From NCBI RefSeq assembly GCF_000009705.1, contig NC_003272.1:3900001-3932000 (forward strand): 32,000 nucleotides of DNA, read 5' to 3'. Positions 25,959 through 32,000 of the stretch are shown here, one piece after another. This DNA is from Nostoc sp. PCC 7120 = FACHB-418 (GTDB lineage: Bacteria; Cyanobacteriota; Cyanobacteriia; Cyanobacteriales; Nostocaceae). Made by a program: the position numbers and the translations under genes. Under the pieces are notes generated by a model, which worked only from the letters and a program-made list of their open reading frames with translations, did not search any database and was not told the DNA's origin. Every line of letters starts with the position of its first letter. The first letter of the stretch is position 1.

Positions 25959-26774
25959 ATGGTTGCCCAAATCCAAGAACTAGATGCCCAGCATTGGGTG
26001 AAGACTCGCTCTTCCCTCGACCCTAATCAATCAACATTCCTCACCTGGACAGGGAAAATTTATGCCTTGATTCCAGGAGAAAAAAGAAAACTCCTCTTTA
26101 AAATGGTGGGAGTCAGCGTTAGTAGATGTCTACCTACAGATGCGGGTAGCTGGGATTTTACTTCTAGGGAACTCACCTATTACTTGAACCCAGAAAACGA
26201 CGAGATTTTACGTAAATGGGAAAATCCTTGGACAGGGGAGACAGTACCAGTTCTCCATGTCGCCAATAATCCCGTACAAGGTCACTTTCGAGGTAAATTC
26301 CCGGCTCAAGTTGAAGGTGAAACAACAACCTTTGTATTTGATATCTTTCCTACATACCCCAACCCCCTCGCCGAAGAACCACAATTTGCTGAATATAGCC
26401 CTTATCCAACTTATCAAGCAGCCGAATTATTTAAACTCACAGTCCCCACGGTAGATTTATTTAACGCAGAACTGCCAGCAGTTTCTCAACTCATACTCAG
26501 TTGGGATAGAATCGGTCAATGGTTGCCTTGGATGAAAATGGGCGATCGCCCAGGTAATCTGATCTATAGTGCTTTTGGCAGTAAAGTTAACGGTTTAACA
26601 GAATTACCCCACATATTACAAGAGGAAATTAATACCCGTGTTCCTTTATATAAACAAGCTCCGAAAGCATTTTTAGACGGCGAAGACATGACCTCTTGGC
26701 TATACTTCCAAAAGCACTTTCAGGCTTACCTAGCAGGTGAAATCTTTCCCCTCCCCGCAGATGAAGAAGTGTGA
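25959..26774 (+). CDS. DUF1838-family protein
   Basis: 271 aa. 'W.G.IYA..PGEK...LF...G.S..R', 'SRE...YL.P....IL..W.NPWTGE...V.HVAN.PV' as recalled for DUF1838. Confidence 0.7.
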   Translation: MVAQIQELDAQHWVKTRSSLDPNQSTFLTWTGKIYALIPGEKRKLLFKMVGVSVSRCLPTDAGSWDFTSRELTYYLNPENDEILRKWENPWTGETVPVLHVANNPVQGHFRGKFPAQVEGETTTFVFDIFPTYPNPLAEEPQFAEYSPYPTYQAAELFKLTVPTVDLFNAELPAVSQLILSWDRIGQWLPWMKMGDRPGNLIYSAFGSKVNGLTELPHILQEEINTRVPLYKQAPKAFLDGEDMTSWLYFQKHFQAYLAGEIFPLPADEEV

Positions 26775-26806
26775 GGCAGTTAACAGTCAACCGTCAACAA
26801 ACAATT

Positions 26807-27790
26807 ATGAAACTCCTAGAGGGGAAAGTGGCGTTAGTTACCGGCGCTACACGCGGTCTTGGTAAGGGAATTGCGATAGGACTTGGTGAAGCCGGCGCAA
26901 TTGTCTACATTACCGGACGTAGGCTGGATAATAACTCAACTTCTGGCAACGATGTCTCAGGCAGTCTTAATGAGACTAAAATAGCCGTTGAAGAAGCTGG
27001 TGGTATATGTATTCCTGTACAAGTAGACCACAGTAACGATGAACAGGTGCGTTTACTCTTTGAACGTATCCAAAATGAACAAAATGGACAGCTTGACTTA
27101 TTAGTTAACAATGCTTACGCCGGAGTGCAAGCATTAACCAATGCCCAGGGAAAACCCTTTTGGGAGAATGAGCCTAGCCTTTGGGATGCTTGTAACAATG
27201 TGGGATTGCGGAGCCACTATATAGCCAGTGTTTATGCTGCCCAAATGATGTCCAAACGACAGCAGGGATTGATTTGTACAATTTCCTCTTGGGGTGGGAT
27301 GGCTTATCTATTCGGTGCAGCTTATGGCGCAGGTAAGGCAGGATGCGATCGCCTAGCAGCTGATATGGCTGTAGAATTACAACCCTATAATGTAGCTTCC
27401 CTTTCCATCTGGCCAGGCATTGTTGGCACTGAACTCTTCTCCCGCCTCGCCTCAGAAATGAGCGACAATCACACAGATAACGGCAAAAATTCGGCGATCG
27501 CCGAGCGTTACAATTGGGAAACTCCCCTACTCACAGGTAGAGTCATAGCTAAACTCGCTGCTGAGACAAATGTCATCAATCGTACAGGACGCGTCCAAGT
27601 TGTTGCGGAACTAGCTAAACAATACAGTCTTGTGGATCAAGAAGGCAATTTACCTGTATCACTGCGCTCTCTCCGTTTTCTCATACCCTTGGCACTACCC
27701 ACATTGAGAAAGCATTCCTGGCTTATACCCGATATTAAAGTACCTTGGTCAATACTATTACTAAGTATCCTCAAATCACCGAAGATTTAA
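26807..27790 (+). CDS. Short-chain dehydrogenase/reductase (SDR) with a hydrophobic C-terminal tail
   Basis: 'KVALVTGATRGLGKGIA' (TGxxxGxG), 'NNAY', catalytic 'YGAGKAG'. ATG 26807 is preferred over the GTG 26771 start in the track. Confidence 0.85.
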   Translation: MKLLEGKVALVTGATRGLGKGIAIGLGEAGAIVYITGRRLDNNSTSGNDVSGSLNETKIAVEEAGGICIPVQVDHSNDEQVRLLFERIQNEQNGQLDLLVNNAYAGVQALTNAQGKPFWENEPSLWDACNNVGLRSHYIASVYAAQMMSKRQQGLICTISSWGGMAYLFGAAYGAGKAGCDRLAADMAVELQPYNVASLSIWPGIVGTELFSRLASEMSDNHTDNGKNSAIAERYNWETPLLTGRVIAKLAAETNVINRTGRVQVVAELAKQYSLVDQEGNLPVSLRSLRFLIPLALPTLRKHSWLIPDIKVPWSILLLSILKSPKI

Positions 27791-27809
27791 ATCTATTGAC
27801 TATTGAGCT

Positions 27810-28016
27810 TTAGTCATTAGCCGAACTTGATATTACGTCTCCAACCTCAAAAACTTGCCCCGCCACCGTCACGCGATCGCTTGATACTAACTTTCGTCCC
27901 CGTCGAGTTTCTACTGCACCATTAACTTTGACATCACCATCCATAATCATCAGCTTGGCTTGCCCTCCAGTCGGGGCTATACCGACTAACTTCAAAAACT
28001 GATCCAGTTTAATCAT
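27810..28016 (-). CDS. S4-domain RNA-binding protein (YbcJ-like)
   Basis: 68 aa from the internal ATG. 'IKLDQFLK..G...TGGQAK..I..G.V.VNG..ETRRGRKL...D.V' is the typical YbcJ/S4 motif. Confidence 0.8.
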   Translation of the reverse strand: MIKLDQFLKLVGIAPTGGQAKLMIMDGDVKVNGAVETRRGRKLVSSDRVTVAGQVFEVGDVISSSAND

Positions 28017-28099
28017 GCTTATCAGAATTAATTTATACTGAGCCAAAAAACAAGGACAGGTGCGGACACCCATCCCATAAATATACAACACCTAACTTT

Positions 28100-28537
28100 T
28101 TAAGCCTTTGTGTATTTCTCAATTAGTTTGGCAAAATCTGGCACTGCTTCCTCTACGTGTTGCTTGGCTGAACCACGAAATCTCTCGTAGGTTCCCCGCA
28201 CAATTTGCCGCTTCGAGTCCTTGACCCTGGCATCCGTAATACTAAGTAGCGCATCAGCCGTACGAGAGCGACTCTCCACCAAATGCCCAACAGCATCACC
28301 CTTTTGGACACCCTCACTCCAAATCGGATCAAGCGCCTCAAAACACTGTGGTAGGAGCTGCTCCACTACATGGGGTATATATCCAGGCTTGATTCCCTTC
28401 AGTGCGGCAAAAGCAGTCTTCAAGGTTATACCACTTATACCTGACTTGGAAGCGAGTTGTGCTTCTATCATATTGCAGCAATCCTCCACAACCAGAGCCT
28501 TTTTCTCTGGGTTCAAGAGTCCGTCACTAAGTCCCAT
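28100..28537 (-). CDS. Hypothetical protein (145 aa)
   Basis: Clean ORF with ordinary codon usage. No family recognised. Confidence 0.55.
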   Translation of the reverse strand: MGLSDGLLNPEKKALVVEDCCNMIEAQLASKSGISGITLKTAFAALKGIKPGYIPHVVEQLLPQCFEALDPIWSEGVQKGDAVGHLVESRSRTADALLSITDARVKDSKRQIVRGTYERFRGSAKQHVEEAVPDFAKLIEKYTKA

Positions 28538-28742
28538 TTCACTCCTCTTTGTTCGGTATCAAAGGTACTTGATGTTAATTCAATTATTTTTCCTACTGAG
28601 CAGGAAATTACAGAAAATACTATCAGATTGGTGATCATTTAACTTGAGTTCGACGGAACTTAACCTCAACCAATTACCTACAAGGGAAGGCTGCTCAAAA
28701 TCTATAACTGAGTACCAAAAAATCAGCGTTTTCAGCAAAATT

Positions 28743-29405
28743 TTAAATTTTTATACTCATGAGTAAACTAAATGTACCTCTTTCATACATAATAAATAAA
28801 CCCAAAGCGATCAGTATAAAAGGTATAAAAGTTTTGCTATGAAGGCTCAAAACATATGCGATAGGGGCTTGACGACTTAAAAGGTCAGCAGTAACACACA
28901 AAATTCCAACCATGAAAAAAAATACCCCTATAATCACTCCCAATGTAACCAGATTTTGTCCGGCAAATAAAGGAATATAAATACTAATATTGTCACCACC
29001 ATTAGCAACAGTTACGGCTCCTACTTTATAGACTTGAGGATGCAAAATACTAGATATAAAAGCTAATATAGGATTAGCAGGTGAAGACCCTTTTAAATCT
29101 GTAGTTACTGCTTGAATTTGGGTATTTTCCTGATCTTTTTTAACTAATTTTTTAATGCCAATTATTATAGGTAAAATTCCCAATAATCCTATGAATTCTC
29201 GCTGCACAAATAAGCCCCCAAAGAACCCTGGCAAACTAGCTAAAATGATAATTAAAAAACCAAGGAAATGACCGACCCAAATATGCGATCGCCGAAAATT
29301 CACATCTACCTGTGAGAACAGGAGCAGTAAAATAATAATATCATCGATATTGGTGGCTGCAAAGGCAACCAGACTTTCCGTAAAAGCCGTTAATAGCTGA
29401 TTCAT
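28743..29405 (-). CDS. CadD-family cadmium-resistance-type transporter
   Basis: 220 aa with about 5-6 TM helices. The N-terminal 'AFAATNIDDIIILLLLFSQ' is characteristic of the CadD family. Confidence 0.75.
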   Translation of the reverse strand: MNQLLTAFTESLVAFAATNIDDIIILLLLFSQVDVNFRRSHIWVGHFLGFLIIILASLPGFFGGLFVQREFIGLLGILPIIIGIKKLVKKDQENTQIQAVTTDLKGSSPANPILAFISSILHPQVYKVGAVTVANGGDNISIYIPLFAGQNLVTLGVIIGVFFFMVGILCVTADLLSRQAPIAYVLSLHSKTFIPFILIALGLFIMYERGTFSLLMSIKI

Positions 29406-29775
29406 GCTAAATTATTAAAAATTAAAAAAGGCAGTAGCCTATGACTTCGCCGAAGGTTATGTGGGAGGTTGATGACTCTAATTATCACCATACCAAGTGC
29501 CATTATTTGCCAACAGTAACTTAGTATTTTTTTGTAATTATCTACTCGTTTTTTACACTTTTATCAATTGGGTATGATGTTGCATATAAATTAATTTATC
29601 AGAAAACAATAGCTAATATTTTAACTCTTTATGGTAGAAAGATTGAGTCTTTCGTACTCATGGAATTTGGGGTTTTTATTTTTTTAAGTCAAGCCTGAAG
29701 TTGAGAAAAATTAGCTAGATTGCCAAGAAAAATATGCAGCGATTCAGCTTACCCTTTGCGAAGGAAAGCAAGCTA

Positions 29776-29805
29776 CAAAAGCTAAAAAGCCTATTCTATA
29801 GGCTT
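29776..29805 (-). terminator. Rho-independent terminator of the ccmP/pentapeptide transcription unit
   Basis: On the minus strand, 'aagcctat aga ataggctt' (8-bp stem) is followed by 'tttagcttttg'. It lies 42 nt past the pentapeptide gene stop. Confidence 0.7.
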
Positions 29806-29846
29806 CTCATCGATTGTATACAACCTGCTGCACTAGTTGTTGTGAA

Positions 29847-30653
29847 CTAATCATGCCTTGAAGAGTCAGGCATAATTGTTTCTTGGAGATTGACCCCATT
29901 GAGGTTAGCACCGTTCAAATTAGCCCCCCTAAGATTAGCACCGCTCAGATTAGCCCCTGCTAAATTAGCACTGGTGAGATTAGCCCAAGCTAAATCAGCG
30001 CCTCTCAAGTCAGCTGCGGTTAAATTTGCCCGAAATAGGTACGCACCTCCTAGATGTGCTTGATGTAAATTAGCTTTGTAGAAGTTGGCTTTGTAAAGGT
30101 AAGCTCCCATCACTTCGGCTTGATATAGATTTGCCTCGCTGAAATCAACCGCAATGAAATTAGCAGCGATAAGATTCGCAAAACAAAGGTTAGAGCGGAT
30201 GAGTTTTGCTCCAGCCAAATCAGCATCTCTCAAATCAGCACTACTGAAATCGGTACCAATTAAGTTAGCCTCCGTCACAATAGCACCCCGGAGATTGGCT
30301 CCACTAAAATCAGCACCAATGAAATGAGCATGGCTCAAATCTGCGTGTGTAAGTACGGATTGGCTCAAGTTAGCCACACTAAAATTAGCGGCACTCAAGT
30401 TAGCTTCACTGAGTTTTGCGTGGTGGAGATTGGCGCTACTGAGGTCAGCACCACTGAGGTTAGCACGTATAAGCAGAGCGCGACTTAAGTCTACTCGGCT
30501 TAAGTTAGCGCCTGCAAGATTTGCGCCTCTGAGGTTATTTTCTTGTAGGTTTGAGGTGCTGAGGTCTGGTTCAATTTGCGGATTTTTTTGTCTCCACTCA
30601 ATCCATCTCACTGCACCTGCTCGTAATAAAGCTAGATGCTCTAGATTTGCCAT
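29847..30653 (-). CDS. Pentapeptide-repeat protein
   Basis: 268 aa from ATG 30653 (SD 'aaggag'). More than 40 consecutive A(D/N)LxX pentapeptides ('ANLSGANLRGANLNGANLNG...'). Confidence 0.9.
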   Translation of the reverse strand: MANLEHLALLRAGAVRWIEWRQKNPQIEPDLSTSNLQENNLRGANLAGANLSRVDLSRALLIRANLSGADLSSANLHHAKLSEANLSAANFSVANLSQSVLTHADLSHAHFIGADFSGANLRGAIVTEANLIGTDFSSADLRDADLAGAKLIRSNLCFANLIAANFIAVDFSEANLYQAEVMGAYLYKANFYKANLHQAHLGGAYLFRANLTAADLRGADLAWANLTSANLAGANLSGANLRGANLNGANLNGVNLQETIMPDSSRHD

Positions 30654-30663
30654 TGTCTCTCCT

Positions 30664-31305
30664 TTACTCCTGGCGACCACTATGGGAATTGCTCCGGCCA
30701 GCAACGCTTTCTATGGCTGCTCTCGCTCCCGCCGCACCAGCGAGAATATCCCTTTCTTGCCCACCTAGATACAACCTGCCAAAGCTACCGACAGCTTGAA
30801 CTTCTAGGATGTTAATTGAGGCTGCTTTCTCGGCTTCATTGGCTGCTAAAGCAGCATAAGCAGCAGGCTCAACTTCTAATACATATAGAGTTTGCCCGGC
30901 TAGGAGTAGCTGTCCTCGTCGCGTCCGGTTAATCAATTGGGTTTGGTAAGCGTCTATATTCCTAATAATCTGGCTGGAAACAATTCGCGGTTTAATACAC
31001 TCTTCTCTTTTGACTCCTAGAGCCGCCAAAATCGCTTGACCAGCAGCTCGCGTTTCGCCTTGAGAGCCTGAATGTATTTCTAATAGACCGTACAATCTCT
31101 CAACTACTTGCACTCCAGGGCGGACAGAAGCAGCTTTGAGGGCTATGTCGGTAATTTTATTAATCTCGATACCAGGAGAAATTTCAATCCACAGTGATGT
31201 ATCTCCTGGTAATGGCAAGAAACCTTGGGCTACTGTTCCTATATAGGCCGCGTGTTGTGGTTGCAGGCTGTCGAGAAATACGAAACTGCGTAGTTCTATT
31301 CCCAA
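30664..31305 (-). CDS. ccmP: Carboxysome shell protein CcmP (tandem BMC domain)
   Basis: 213 aa with TTG start (SD 'ggagag'). '[39 protein letters not shown]', '[49 protein letters not shown]' closely match CcmP as I recall it. Confidence 0.8.
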   Translation of the reverse strand: MGIELRSFVFLDSLQPQHAAYIGTVAQGFLPLPGDTSLWIEISPGIEINKITDIALKAASVRPGVQVVERLYGLLEIHSGSQGETRAAGQAILAALGVKREECIKPRIVSSQIIRNIDAYQTQLINRTRRGQLLLAGQTLYVLEVEPAAYAALAANEAEKAASINILEVQAVGSFGRLYLGGQERDILAGAAGARAAIESVAGRSNSHSGRQE

Positions 31306-31506
31306 GGTGATGCTCTCCAGTCATGAGGTTAAAGTAATATTTCGCAATATATGAATGTAACTTAAAACTACCATAAGGCTAGTACTACCTTTCAGCATCA
31401 TCCCAGGAATTACACCCATTAATTACTTTAAGTACTTGGTATTTTGATATTAATTCATCACAAAAGCTACAATAATATTAATATTAATTAATATTTAGCT
31501 GCGGCG

Positions 31507-32000
31507 ATGCTGAGACTGATTACTGACTTCGACGGCCCAATTATGGATGTTTCCGAAAGGTACTACCGTGTATACCTATTCTGTTTAGAGAAAACTCAAC
31601 ATCCAGGCCAGCCAGTACGGCAATTATCTAAAGCAGAATTTTGGCAGATGAAGCGTCAGCACCTTCCTGAAAAAGAAATTGCCCGAATTTCTGGTTTAGA
31701 TGAAGCACAAGCACAGGAATTTTCTCAATTGCGCCGTCAAACAGTGCATACAGAACCTTACTTTCAATATGACAGTCCTATCCCCGGCGCTTTAGACGTG
31801 TTGTTAAAGGTGCAACAATCTGGGGTGGATTTAGTTGTGATGACCATGCGTCGAGTTTGGGAACTGGACTATGCTTTCCAAAAATATGATTTAGGTCAAT
31901 TCTTCCCAGAAAATCGCTGTTATTGTCTCAGTAACGAATATGTGAAAACCCGCGACATTGATGATAAACCTTTGTTAATGCAAAGAGCTTTAGCCGAATT
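31507..32000 (+). CDS. HAD-superfamily hydrolase (partial, runs off the window)
   Basis: ATG 31507, open to the window end. HAD motif I 'LITDFDGPIMD', later 'VVMTMR'. Not in the supplied track because it is open-ended. Confidence 0.7.
   Translation, partial: MLRLITDFDGPIMDVSERYYRVYLFCLEKTQHPGQPVRQLSKAEFWQMKRQHLPEKEIARISGLDEAQAQEFSQLRRQTVHTEPYFQYDSPIPGALDVLLKVQQSGVDLVVMTMRRVWELDYAFQKYDLGQFFPENRCYCLSNEYVKTRDIDDKPLLMQRALAE

Noticed and set aside
31474-31497. AT-only palindromic run 'aatattaatattaattaatatt' just upstream of the HAD gene.
   Set aside because: Low-complexity AT sequence in a divergent promoter region. There is no specific operator consensus to compare it with.

Overview
This window looks like chromosomal DNA from a heterocyst-forming (Nostocales) cyanobacterium. 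By eye there are more than 20 HIP1 palindromes (GCGATCGC) and several STRR-type tandem heptamers, plus a HetP-family gene and the carboxysome gene ccmP. I saw no rRNA, tRNA, CRISPR array, transposase or recognisable defence system.

Gene content, in order:
- rsmA, ispE and a DUF3082 gene
- a CheY-AraC response regulator
- a 1.7-kb AT-rich spacer with no ORFs
- a fused anthranilate synthase TrpE(G), a short HetP-family gene and trpC
- a truncated binding-protein remnant, a TPR protein, a DUF2294 gene and a convergent CheY-like regulator
- a probably Fur-controlled TonB-dependent uptake cluster (permease, ATPase, AMIN-domain outer-membrane receptor, lipoprotein binding protein), possibly for heme
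- a P2-type cation ATPase followed on the same strand by a divergent MetK paralog
- a PNPOx-family protein, a frameshifted AbrB-family membrane protein, DUF1838 plus an SDR, and an S4-domain protein
- a CadD-family transporter, ccmP tightly coupled to a pentapeptide-repeat gene, and a partial HAD hydrolase

From memory only, the order trpE(G)/hetP-like ... TBDT cluster resembles the alr3233-alr3243 region of Nostoc sp. PCC 7120. I could not verify this.

Nothing here is clearly a new system. The best candidates for a second look are:
- the MetK-like protein, which has substitutions at catalytic acidic residues and is coupled to a P-type ATPase
- the trpE(G)/hetP-like/trpC locus, which has a HetR-box-like inverted repeat upstream

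All family assignments rest on motifs read by eye, with no searches run.
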